Origin: Eledone cirrhosa | Taxonomy: Eukaryota | Assembly (NCBI GenBank): GCA_964016885.1 | Contig: OZ024742.1 | Coordinates: 74,400,001 to 74,464,000, forward strand | Length of the DNA stretch: 64,000 nt | Direction of reading: 5' to 3' | In this document: piece after piece, positions 1 through 11,912 of the stretch | Numbering within the stretch: the first letter of the stretch is position 1 | Layout of the letters: every line of letters begins with the position of its first letter | Notes under the pieces: generated by a model | Databases searched by the model: none | Told to the model about the DNA's origin: nothing | What the model saw: the letters and a program-made list of their open reading frames with translations, nothing else | Program-made: the position numbers and the translations under genes

Positions 1-333
1 TATTTGCAACAAAAAGACGATCTTATAAAATAGATTTGATAAAATGATAGACACTTTAAATTGAGAACAAAAGACTTACAACTCAAATTATTAGAAACCA
101 CGAACAAAACAAAGAATGAAGTAACGAACAATACTAAAGCCGAATAATATTTTTTTCTTTTTGTAGGGTTTCTCTAGCAATCAGATTGCAAGGGGAAGTG
201 TATTAATTGACCTCAGATCAGTCCCTGATCTCAGAGGCTCAATATATCACGTAGGATTCTGGCAGTAGTAGTGATGGTAGAAATTTGGACACTGCCTACG
301 AAGTCGGGAATCCCAAGGCTTTTGCTGAAAGAC

Positions 334-334
<1 letters not shown>

Positions 335-374
<40 letters not shown>
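335..374. repeat. (TAA)n microsatellite at the 3' end of Tx1 copy 1
   Basis: Direct taataa... run. Confidence 0.95.
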
Positions 375-375
<1 letters not shown>

Positions 376-2405
376 TTTTCTTTATTAACCACAAGGGTTT
401 ACATAAAGTAGACATTAAGGACAGTACAGGACAATACAGGACAGTACAAATTGGCATTTCTGCGTGTAAAAAAAACAGAGGATGTAATAAAATAACAAAG
501 AAAAATTCCCCAATAGGGGGGAGACTTCCGAGGGACATTTGTGGAGAAAGCCCATTAAAAGACCACAGTGACCCTGACCACCAGGGCAAGTGCCCTCTCC
601 CAGTTTTCCACCTTTAATTTACAGACACGTACTCAGAGAAGGCCCATTCATTCGGGCCATACTTGCTTCTCTCACCCATCTTTCAACAAAATGATGGGAA
701 GAGAGCACTTCCCTCTCTACCCTGATTTTCCTTTTCAAATGAAATTTGAAAAAGTTAATCAGGGCATCACCGAAGAGGTAAGTGCTAGTCTTCAGCCCTT
801 TCAAACGTGTCCACCATACTATCTCTTTCGCCATGGCCACCAGACAGATAAAAACTGCCTGCCCTTCCCGGCTAAAGAAAGAGGGCGAGGTAATCCTCAC
901 GATAGACTCAGCTGATAGCTGGATCCGTCCTACACGCGCCAGCAGGTGTTCGACATAAACCCACAAGTTAGCAATGCTCGGACACTGGACGAGAGCGTGC
1001 AGGACGGTTTCGTCGCACTGTGCGCATCTCGGACATGCCCGGCTGACGGCACCTCCATGCCTGTAGAGTTTTTCCCGAACTGGCAAAGCTCCTCGGTAGC
1101 ACTGCCAGGCCAGGGATTTCTGGAAGTTGTCCATAGGCCCCGGCCCGAAAGTCCTTCCGAAGAGATTGGCTAGTTGATTTTCGTCGACGCCTAGAGTTTC
1201 CCCAAGTACGTCGTGGCTCTTCCCCTCCACTAATCCTCTATAGAACGCCAAGGTGTAGTTTCCATCGATCACATTGCCCGATTGGTCGAGGGCTGTGAGC
1301 GCCTGAAGACATTCCAGTCTCCAAGCGCTCCCTCTCGGTCTTCGCTTGAACCAGGACTGCAGCTCCGTCAAGGAGACGAGCTGGGGAAAGACGTGTCTAG
1401 CAAACGGAGACCACACCTGATCACCGTCGAGGAAGAGGTGGAGATGTCGTAGCCTGAGCGCGTGTCTGCGCATCATCAGCCACGGCATTCCCAGCCTTCC
1501 ACGTAGCGGGTGTTGACAGCAGATGGACCGCCTGACCATCGGAGCGCGTCCCTTCCACAAAAAGCGAAAGAGCAAACGCTCCAGCGCAGTCAGGCGTGTC
1601 TTAGGACAAGGTACGACGGTCATGCGGTAGTAGATGACGGACGCGATATACACGTTAGCCACCTCCGCTCGACCTTTCAGGGATAGCTTCCTCTCGGCCC
1701 ATTTCTGAATGAGAGAAGCCACCCTGCTCGTCACCTCGTCCCAGTTTTTGTCCGTCTGGAGATCCGGACCGAACCAGACCCCGAGCAATTTAACTGGTCC
1801 GTCCGTCCAGCGCCCGACGACGTTGTTGGACGACATGGACCTGCCTCTCCAGGTGCCGAGCTGCAGGCCCACTGACTTTTGCTGGTTGATCATTGCTCCT
1901 GTCACCGCTTCGTATTCTCTTAGTGTAGTGCCGATTGCCTCGATGTGTTTGGCGTTCGACACCACTACGGTGACATCGTCCGCATATGCTGACACGGATC
2001 TTCCGCATCCTAGTTCGCGCGGGACCCCCCTCAACGTCTCCAGTTTGTGCAGTAATGGTTCGAGAGTCAATACGTACAAGAGGGACGAGAGGGGACATCC
2101 TTGGCGGACCGAGCGCATGATGTTGAACGGTTCCGAAAGGTGACCGTTCACCCTCACCACAGAGCAGATGTTGTTGTGCATGGCAGCGATCCAGCCTCTG
2201 AAGACGGGCCCAAAGCCAGCCGCCCTCAGGACTGCCGCTAGGTAACGATGGTCGACCCTATCGAAAGCTTTCGACTGATCTAAATTGATCAAGGACCCAC
2301 CGTGCCAGGTTCCCTAGCTACCCTCTCTACGATGTATCGCATGAGGTGGAGGTTGTCGTGGATGGATCTGTCGGGAATGGCGCATGTCTGCGCCTCTCCC
2401 ACCAG
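375..2405 (-). mobile_element. L1/Tx1-clade non-LTR retrotransposon, 5'-truncated (copy 1)
   Basis: RT motifs QTCAIPDRSIHDNL, LDQSKAFDRV, QGCPLS and YADD; C-terminal CCHC (CPRC...ETVLHALVQC); 3' UTR with AATAAA followed by (ATT)n. Confidence 0.92.
619..2292 (-). pseudogene. Tx1 ORF2 remnant (reverse transcriptase plus zinc knuckle)
   Basis: 557-aa ORF; RT homology continues upstream to about 2405 in another frame (apparent 1-bp frameshift near 2300). Confidence 0.88.
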
Positions 2406-5400
2406 ACCATCAACGAAGGACCGCTCTTGTTGCAAAGGAGCTTCGACGTTACGATCTTGACATCGTGGCTTTATCTGAGACGAGGTTAGCTGGAGATGGT
2501 CATCTTACAGAATTTTGTGGAGAATATACATTCTTCTGGAAAGGAAGAGATGAAGGAACCAGAAGAGAGGCTGGGGTAGGATTTGCTGTTAAGACTGTTT
2601 TTGTGAATAAATTAGAAGAATTCCCAGTAGGGATTAGTGAGCGTCTTATGTCCATGAGAATTCCGCTGGACAAAGGAAGATATGCGACCCTGGTGAGTGT
2701 GTATGCTCCAACTATGAATTCTGTCGATGAAGAAAAAGTGTCCTTTTACCATGCCTTGAAAGGTGTTTTAAGAAATATCCCTCAGGGAGACAAAGTCATC
2801 GTGCTTGGTGACTTTAATGCTAGAGTGGGTAGGGATTTTAACACATGGAATGTAATCGGAAGGCATGGGGTGGGAAAGTGTAACAACAATGGTATGCTCC
2901 TGCTGCAGATGTGTGAGGAGCTGGATCTGTCTGTTAGCAACACCATGTTCCAACAAAAGAACAAATTCAAGACCACATGGATGCATCCTGAATCTAAGAA
3001 ATGGCATCTTTTGGACTACGTCCTAGTCAGGATGCGTGACAGACAGGATGTGCAGTGTGTTCGTGCTCTTCGTGGAGCTGAGTGCTGGACGGACCACCAC
3101 CTGGTACGCGCAAAAGTGAAACTAATCACTAAACGTAAAAACCGGGCTCCTGGTGTTGCCCTGCCCAAAAGATTGAATGCTGCTCGTCTTAAGGATAAAA
3201 ATGTGAAGAGGACATTGGAAGAAGAGATGCAGGCTGCAGATCTTGGTGAGGATTGGCCGACCCTTAAAAAGTCGGTTTATGATGTAGGCAGGCGTGTTCT
3301 GGGATTGGTGCAGAGAAAACATCAGGACTGGTTTAATGAGAATGATGTACATATAGAAGACTTGTTGTCTGATAAGAGGCGTGCTCTGTCACGCTACTTG
3401 ACGGCAAAACCACAGGAGAGGAATACGTTGCATGAGGAACTCAAGGATGTAAAATCACGTGTTAGGCGGAGTCTTTCTCAGATGAAGGATCAGTGGTGGA
3501 GTGAGAAGGCTGGTGAGATACAAACTGCGTCAGATTCCAATAACACAAAGCTGTTGTACAGTCTCTTGCGTGAGGTTTATGGACCGTCTTCTTCTCTGGT
3601 GACACCGCTTCGCAGCAAGGATGGCAAAGAACTTCTTCGTGACTCACAAGGAATTCTACGAAGGTGGCGAGAGCACTTTGATGATCTTTTGAATCAGCCG
3701 TCTGTCGTCAGTGAAGATTTCCTCAATCTCATTCGAGAAAGTCCTGTGAAAGTAGCTCTCGCAGAACCTCCGACGCTTGTGGAGGTTGCAGTGGCTATCT
3801 CGAAGCTGAACAGTGGAAGGTCTCCAGGTATTGATGACATACATGCTGAGCTCCTACAATATGGTGGTGAGAGACTCCTGCAACATCTTCACTCTCTGTT
3901 TGGCAGGATATGGGCTAATGAATCCGTACCTGAGGACTGGAGAGATGCAGTAATGGTGGTCTTGTACAAGGGAAAGAGTAACAGGAATGATTGTGGGAAC
4001 TACAGAGGTATATCATTGCTTTCTGTCGTAGGGAAAGTTTTATGTAGGGTGCTTCTAGGCCGTCTGCTGACACACATTGCAGATTGTGTTCTTCCTGAAA
4101 GTCAATCTGGTTTTCGTGCTGGACGCGGCACTACTGATATGATCTTCTCAGCTAGACAGCTCCAGGAGAAGTGCATGGAACAAGGTTTGGATCTGTATCA
4201 GGTTTTTGTCGATCTGACAAAAGCTTTCGATACTGTTAACAGAGATGCATTATGGAAGGTTCTCCAGAAACTTGGTTGCCCTGATAAGTTCCTTGCTTTA
4301 GTTAGGTTTTTCCATGACGACATGAAGGCTTGGGTTAATGTCGGGGGTAACATGTCGGAGCCTATCTCAGTAAAAAATGGAGTGAAACAGGGGGATATTC
4401 CATCACCGACCCTGTTTGCCATATACTTTGCAATGGTTTTCTGTATTGCATTCAGGAATTGCGAGCATGGTGTTTACATCCGATATCGAACCTCAGGCAG
4501 CATATTTAACATCAGGCGCTTTGCTGCAAAGACAAAAGTATTTAAATCAATCATAAGAGACCTCTTGTATGCAGATGATTGCGATCTTGTAGCGCACACA
4601 GAGAGTGATATGCAGCACATTTTGAATGCATTTTCTGACGCTTGAACTGCCCTAGGATTGACTGTCAGTCTCAAGAAAACCGTCGTCATGTACCAACCTG
4701 CTCCTGGTAAGCAGTACACTGAACCAAATATCTATGTGTATGGTAAACGACTTGGAGTGGTTGATCAGTTTGTCTACCTGGGAAGCACTGTCAATCGATA
4801 CAGCAACCTTGACAGTGAAATCTCACTCAGGATTAGGAAAGCAAGTGATGCTTTCGGAAAGCTAGAAAAGCGACTCTGGGGTCGGCGAGACATATGCAGG
4901 AGGACAAAGGTAAAGGTGTACAAGGCATGTGTGCTCTCTTGTCTCCTTTATGCCTGCGAGACCTGGGTCACATATCGACACCATCTTAAGCAATTGGAGC
5001 GTTTCCATCAGATGTGTCTCAGACGGATCCACGGCGTTCACTGGAGGGACCACATCAGTGATGTCGAGATTTTGGAAAGCTCTATGTGTGACAGTATAGA
5101 AGCTCTTGTGCTTAAGCAACGACTCCGTTGGAGTGGTCACCTTGCCAGGATGAAGGATTCTAGAATACCAAAACAACTCTTTTATGGAGAGTTGGTTAAA
5201 GGAAAACGACCGCCACATAAACCAAAAAAGAGGTATAAGGATTCCTTGAAAGCCTCTTTTAAAGACGCTAACATCTCTGCTGATACATGGGAAAATATTG
5301 CTGCTGATCGTAATAAATGGAGAAAGACTGTATATGCCTTTGAGGCATCTCGAATTGCATACGAGAAAGTAAAGCGGGATGTGAGGAAGGGCATTGCTGT

Positions 5401-5737
5401 TGCACTTCCAGACGGCGAGGGTCCTCCTATGGTGCTGACATGCAGCGTCTGTGCGAGACTCTGCCTAAGCAAAGCTGGACTCGAAAGTCATCTTCGCAGT
5501 CATAAAGTAAGACCAGTGGTTGACTACCAGGCTGCTGTTGGAGATGCTACTCATCATGCTTGCCAAACATGTGGTAGAGAATGTAAATCAGCAGGAGGGC
5601 TCAAGCGACATGCAAAAGTACATGAACTCCAACCACAGCCGGTTATTCCCAGTGAATGTTTTGATTGCCGACTCTGTGCAAGACATTTTAGATCATTGGC
5701 TGGGCTAAAAAGCCACATTCGATCGCAGCGCTGTTAG
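2404..5737 (+). pseudogene. RTE EN-RT polyprotein with a single in-frame TGA (4643-4645) and three C-terminal C2H2 zinc fingers
   Basis: ORFs 2384-4645 and 4658-5737 are in the same frame; fingers CSVC..HLRSH, CQTC..HAKVH and CRLC..HIRS (the last lacks the final His). Confidence 0.9.
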
Positions 5738-5743
5738 TTGCTA

Positions 5744-5745
<2 letters not shown>
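2404..5745 (+). mobile_element. RTE-clade LINE, nearly complete coding region, 5' end lost
   Basis: AP endonuclease motifs (ALSETR, VYAPT, GDFNARVG, LLDYV, TDH), RT motifs (QSGFR, DLTKAFD, GVKQG, YADD), RTE C-terminus (LRWSGHLARM), followed by (TG)n. Confidence 0.95.
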
Positions 5746-5782
<37 letters not shown>

Positions 5783-5879
5783 GATATGTTTATGTGTGTG
5801 TGTGTGTGTGTATAGATATGTTTGTGTGTGCGTGTGTGTGTATATATATGTGTATATGTATATTATTATTATTGTTGTT

Positions 5880-7054
5880 GTCGTTTGCTCTTTCGCTTTT
5901 TGTGGAAGGTACGCGCTCCGATGGTCAGGCGGTCCATCTGCTGTCAACACCCGCTACGTGGAGGGCTGGGAATGCCGTGGCTGATGATGCGCAGACACGC
6001 GCTCAGGCTACGACATCTCCACCTCTTCCTCGACGGTGATCAGGTGTGGTCGCCGTTTGCTAGACACGTCTTTCCCCAGCTCGTCTCCTTGACGGAGCTG
6101 CAGTCCTGGCTCAAGCGAAGACCGAGAGGGAGCGCTTGGAGACTGGAATGTCTTCAGGCGCTCACAGCCCTCGACCAATCGGGCAATGTGATCGGTGGAA
6201 ACTCCACCTTGGCGTTCTATAGAGGATTAGTGGAGGGGAAGAGCGACGACGTACTTGGAGAAACTCTAGGCGTCGACGAAAATCAACTAGCCAATCTCTT
6301 CGGAAGGACTTTCGGGCCGGGGCAGTGCTACCGGGGAGCTCTGCCAGTTCGGGATAAACTCTACAGGCATGGAGGTGCCGTCAGCCGAGCATGTCCGAGA
6401 TGCGCACAGGGCGACGAAACAGTCCTGCACGCACTCGTCCAGTGTCCGAGCATTGCTGACTTGTGGGTTTATGTCGAACACCTGCTGTCACGTGTAGGAC
6501 GGATCCAGCTATCAGCTGAGTCCATCGTGAGGATTGCCCCGCCCCCTTCCTATAGCCGGGAAGGGCAGGCAGTTTTTATCTGTCTGGTGGCCATGGCGAA
6601 AGATTTAGTATGGTGGACACATTTGAAAGGGCTGAAGACGAGCATTTACCTCTTCGGTGATGCCCTGATTAACTTTTTCAAATTTCATTTGAAAAGGAAA
6701 ATCAGGATAGAGAGGGAAGTGCTCTCTTCCCATCATTTTGTTGAAAGATGGGTGAGAGAAGCAAGTATGGCCCGAATGAATGGGCCTTCTTTGAGTATGT
6801 GTCTGTAAATTAAAGGTGGAAAACTGGGAGAGGGCACTTGCCCTGGTGGTCAGGGTCACTGTGGTTTTTTAATGGGCTTTCTCCACAAATGTCCCTCGGA
6901 AGTCTCCCCCCTACTGGGGAATTTTTCTTTGTTATTTTATTACATCCTCTGTTTTTTTTTTACACGCAGAAATGCCCATTTGTACCGTCCTGTATTGTCC
7001 TGTACTGTCCTTAATGTCTACTTCATGTAAACCCTTGTGGTTAATAAAGAAAAC
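5880..7054 (+). mobile_element. L1/Tx1 copy 2, 5'-truncated, inverted relative to copy 1
   Basis: Near-identical to the reverse complement of 375-1578; 33-bp in-frame deletion (PMDNFQKSLAW); flanked by a 15-bp direct repeat attattattgttgtt (5865-5879 and 7055-7069). Confidence 0.93.
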
Positions 7055-7069
7055 ATTATTATTGTTGTT

Positions 7070-7850
7070 ATTCCTTGAATCTCAGTCATTGATGTTGGTT
7101 AACTGGAAAGTCCGTTGGATTGAATATCAAGCCACTACCTGCAGCCTCAGATATTCAGGACGTATCGGAGGGTTCTTGCTGTTCCAAGCAAGCATGCCTT
7201 TTGAAGCGTTCCAAAAAGCGTGAAGGGGCCGATTTTCTTTAACCATCCCTGGAAACCTTTGGAGATAGTCCCCAGTGCGCCTATGACAATCGGGATCACT
7301 TTGACTTCATGGCAGTTCCAGATCCTTTTCACCTCCCACTTTAGGTCCTGGTATCGGTTAATTTTCTCCCTCTCCTTCTCTTGCACTCTCGTGTCGAACG
7401 GGCAGGCCACATCCACAATCAGGCACGATCTTTTTTCTTTGTCCACAACCACCAGGTCAGGTCTATTGTGTTCCAGTTTTTTTGTCCGTCTGTATCCTAA
7501 AATCCCACAGCACCTTCACCTGACTGTTCTCCATCACCGCCTCTGGCCTATGCTCATACCATTTCTCAGAATGTGGTAGATTGTTTACTTTGCACAGGTG
7601 CCAGTGGATCACCCTGCCCATCACATCGTGTCTCCAGCCCTTATAGTGGGTCTGGGCTAGGTGTTTACACTCGGACACAATGTGAGCCACAGTCTCCTCT
7701 CTCTCTCCACAGATCCTGCACAGTGGGCTAGCCTCCTCCTTGTAGATATGGTGCTTCAACCACTTCGTTTTGAGGGCCTGCTCCTGCGCAGCCATTAGCA
7801 TTCCTTCTGTAGCCTTTTTGAGGTCTCCTCTTTTCAACCAGTTCCATGTC
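7070..7850 (-). mobile_element. R4/Dong-type RLE retrotransposon, short 5'-truncated copy
   Basis: Almost identical to 7880-8659; CCHC (CRICGEREETVAHIVSEC), RHD and restriction-like endonuclease; +1 T frameshift near 7480; flanked by (TAA)n-like tracts. Confidence 0.92.
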
Positions 7851-7879
7851 TTATTATTATTATTATTATTGTTATTGTT

Positions 7880-10809
7880 ATTCCTTGAATCTCAGTCATT
7901 GATGTTGGTTAACTGGAAAGTCCGTTGGATTGAATATCAAGCCACTACCTGCAGCCTCAGATATTCAGGACGTATCGGAGGGTTCTTGCTGTTCCAAGCA
8001 AGCATGCCTTTTGAAGCGTTCCAAAAAGCGTGAAGGGGCCGATTTTCTTTAACCATCCCTGGAAACCTTTGGAGATAGTCCCCAGTGCGCCTATGACAAT
8101 CGGGATCACTTTGACTTCATGGCAGTTCCAAATCCTTTTCACCTCCCACTTTAGGTCCTGGTATCGGTTAATTTTCTCCCTCTCCTTCTCTTGCACTCTC
8201 GTGTCGAACGGGCAGGCCACATCCACAATCAGGCACGATCTTTTTTCTTTGTCCACAACCACCAGGTCAGGTCTATTGTGTTCCAGTTTTTTGTCCGTCT
8301 GTATCTTAAAATCCCACAGCACCTTCACCTGACTGTTCTCCATCACCGCCTCTGGCCTATGCTCATACCATTTCTCAGAATGTGGTAGATTGTTTACTTT
8401 GCACAGGTGCCAGTGGATCACCCTGCCCATCACATCGTGTCTCCAGCCCTTATAGTGGGTCTGGGCTAGGTGTTTACACTCGGACACAATGTGAGCCACA
8501 GTCTCCTCTCTCTCTCCACAGATCCTGCACAGTGGGCTAGCCTCCTCCTTGTAGATATGGTGCTTCAACCACTTCGTTTTGAGGGCCTGCTCCTGCGCAG
8601 CCATTAGCATTCCTTCTGTAGCCTTTTTGAGGTCTCCTCTTCTCAACCAGTTCCATGTCTGTGGATCTCTAAATTCAGTTTTCTCAAAGAAGGTACTATG
8701 AAGGGATTTTCCCTTAAGGCTGCTCTTCCTCCTTGATGTTATTCCCTCCTTGGATATCCCCTGGCCTACTGTCCCCTCCTTCAGTACAGCTCTGAGCATT
8801 GGCTCCTTACTATAGGTCACGTATTTGTATAGGTTGTTTTTCTCCATCTGAACACAGTCCTCTATGCTGATAAGACCTCTTCCACCCTCAGATCTCCTTA
8901 GGTAGAGTCTATCGACATCACTCCTCTTGTGGAACATGTTGTAGATAGTCAATAGCTTCCTAGTCTTCCTATCCATTTCTTTTTGTTCAGCAACATTCCA
9001 TCTCAGAATTCCCGCACTGTACCTAATAATAGACACAGCTCGGGAATTTACTGCGCTTATGGCATTTCTGCTGTTCAGATGTGACTTCAATACGCTCCTT
9101 ACTCTCCGAATGTATTCAGTTCTTAACAATTCCTTCATTTTTTTGTTCTTTATGCCATCAGCCTCCAGAACGCCAAATACTTGTATCCTTCCTCAGAGTC
9201 AATTTCCTTTATCATCTCACCTGTTGGTATCTGGATCCCGTTACTTCTGCTCAACCTACCCCTCTTCATCACAATGACTCCACATTTACCAATACCAAAC
9301 TGCATACATATATCACTGCTGAAAATACAGACAGTGTCAACAAGCACATCCAACTCCTTCTCACTTTTCCCGAAGAGCTTAAGATCGTCCATGAAGAGGA
9401 GGTGATTGATGGTAAGCTCTCCCCTTCCCAACTTGTATCCTGCTCTCACTTTTCGCAGCATAATGGTCAAGGGCATCAGGGCAAGGACAAACAACAGAGG
9501 GGACAGGCTATCTCCCTGGAAGATACCTCTCTTGATCTTCACGCTTCCCAAGGATACTCCAGTTGATGTCAACTCTGTCTCCCAGGACCCCATACTCCTG
9601 CCCAGCAACTGTCTGATGTTATCTGCCACCCTGAAGATCTCCAGGCTTTTGGTGATCCAGGAATGAGGCACCATGTCAAATGCCTTTCTGTAGTCTATCC
9701 ATCCCATGGCAAGATCAGTGTGTCTCCTCCTGCAATTCCCCATTACCATCTTATCAATAAGCAACTGGTCCTTTGTACCACGTGACTTCTTTCGGCATCC
9801 TTTCTGTTCGTCCGGTAACAAGTTGTTTGTGTGGAGGTGATGGTAGATTTCCTCAGACACAATGCTCGTCAACAGTTTCCACATTACGGGCAGACATGTG
9901 ATAGGTCTATAGTTGGTAACATCATTACCCTTGATTCGGTCTTTCATTATCAGAACTGTGGTACCTTTTGTCAACCACTCTGGCACCTCACCCGACACCA
10001 AGCAGTCATTGAACATGGCCGTCAGCTTCGGGTGGAGGGATGTTAAATGTTTAATCCAATACCCCTGCACACCATCTGGGCCTGGTGATTTCCAGTTGGT
10101 TAGTTTTTTGGCTTGCCCCTTAAGAGTTTCAACTGTGATACTCAAATCAGTCTGTTGTTGTGCCTGCTCACCGATCTCCCTCTGTACTGTCTCAATCCAC
10201 CCTGCCTGGGCATTGTGTCTAACATCCTGCTCCCATATTCCTCTCCAGAATGTTTTAGCTTGTTCCGCCCCAGGGATCAAGTCGTTGCCTCTTTCTTTCC
10301 CCTCAAGCTGTCCAAACAGCATCTTCTGGTTGTTGTCGAACATGCGGTTCTGTTTATACTGACTGACTCTGTTCTCGTATCGCCTGATTTTGGCACTCTT
10401 TGCTACAATGCGTTGCTTCAATTCCTCTATGATAATATTTAGCTTTTTACTCCTAGTTTTGTATTTTATTTCCAGTCTATTTTTAGTGCCTATGTTTTTT
10501 AGTGTCCCATTCAGTAGTGACTCAAGCTTTCCTATGTCATTTCTCATTTCCCCGATTTGCCCACTCAGTCGCTTCTTCCACCACGGCTCTGCTCTTTCTT
10601 GTCTGTTGTTTCCTCTCGCTTTTATACCAAGTAGTTTCCTCACCGTATTTGCTGTTGCTTTGAGGATATTGTTGCACTGGTGAAGACTCCTCGCCTCAAG
10701 GTATGGGATGACTTTGTTTACCTTAGCTGTTGTGTCTTTTAACTTTTTCCTGTCTACAAATCTTAGGTTCATAGGTCTCCCACTATCATTGTTCAACTCA
10801 TCTACCACT
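7880..10809 (-). mobile_element. R4/Dong-type RLE retrotransposon, 5'-truncated, one frameshift near 9170
   Basis: ORFs 9150-10808 (RT: KSPGPDG, YRPITCL, GIFQGDSLSP, FMDD) and 7957-9138 (GGRGL, CCHC, RPDLVV..DVACP..EKINRY); (TAA)n on both sides. Confidence 0.93.
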
Positions 10810-10811
10810 AA

Positions 10812-10864
<53 letters not shown>

Positions 10865-10909
10865 ATATGTGTGTATGTATATATATGTGTGTGTATATAT
10901 GTATATGTA

Positions 10910-10952
<43 letters not shown>

Positions 10953-11120
10953 TTTTTTTATTTTATCTTATTTTTTATTTATTTATTAATATATATATAT
11001 ATATATTTTTTCCTCCTCGTGCAATGGCCATACTCAATAACGAGGGGACAGCCATCATGTATGTATGTATGTATGTATGTATGTATGTATGTATGTATGT
11101 ATGTATGTATGTATGTATGT
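10812..11120. repeat. Compound microsatellite (ATT)n/(TA)n/(TATG)n with a short RTE-derived 3' tip at about 11025-11057
   Basis: Direct repeats; ggccatactc...cagccatcat resembles the 3' end at 37655-37690 on the - strand. Confidence 0.75.
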
Positions 11121-11702
11121 ACGACGAGGTTTGTCAGAAAGGAAACATGACCGGTGTCACAAAAAATATTTCAAATTCAAACTACAAACTACAAGTTTCC
11201 TCTTTCAAATAATCCCCCTCGAGTCTAACGCACTTTCCCATCCTTCTCCACCACGCCTCCCTGCACTTCTGGAACGATACTCCCGGGATTCTCCACAGCT
11301 CCGTCGTCACGGCCTTCTTGATCGCTTCCACGTCCCAAGAACGGATCGTATTCGAAAACTCATGACTCATCACCGGCGATGATTCTCCCCAGTAAGTTTG
11401 GTTTGGTTTCAGGACACTCGAGGATGTCCTGACACACCTACATACGCCACTTCTTCTGGTCATCATTCAGTACCTTAGGCACTATCTCCGTACTAAATCT
11501 TCTGTGATAATCTTCTAAACACTGCCGTGGTTCATGTCCAGCTCAGTTGTGGTCAGTCGAACAGTCAGCCGACGATCGTCATGCACCACTTGCTTGACGC
11601 GCTCAACGTTGTCTCCAGTCCTGTTCGTTGAAGGCCTTCCGCACCAGGGGTCATCTTTGAACCTTTTGTGCAACTCGAAAACCCGTGAGAGCACCATCGT
11701 CT
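11119..11702 (-). mobile_element. Mariner DNA transposon remnant, internally deleted, one TIR
   Basis: TIR-like tacgacgaggtttgtcagaaag; transposase C-terminus (..FQKCREAWWRRMGKCVRLEGDY) and N-terminal HTH region (HKRFKD..GRPST..DRRLTVR). Confidence 0.82.
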
Positions 11703-11912
11703 CATCTCCGACACTTGCTACAGTATTCCGAGTGCTTCTGGTATGCTCTGGGATCGCTGGCTTAGGGTGACCCCGGCCTCGTTGAACAAGAAGAAGAGGA
11801 AGTAGAAGAAGAGGAAGAAGACGAAGAGAAAGAAGTGAATGTGTGTGAAAGTGTGTGTGTTTGTGTGTATGTGTGTGAAAGTGTGTGTGTTTGTGTGTAT
11901 GTGTGTGAGATA

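Noticed and set aside
1-334. 3' end of a LINE ending in (TAA)n
   Set aside because: Plausible from its position, but no recognisable protein motif lies within the window
4643-4645. Selenocysteine or read-through TGA in the RTE ORF
   Set aside because: No SECIS evidence seen; a simple nonsense mutation or sequencing error is more parsimonious
375-7054. Composite DNA transposon with 1.2-kb TIRs carrying an RTE
   Set aside because: The arms are two separately truncated Tx1 retrocopies, and copy 2 has its own target-site duplication
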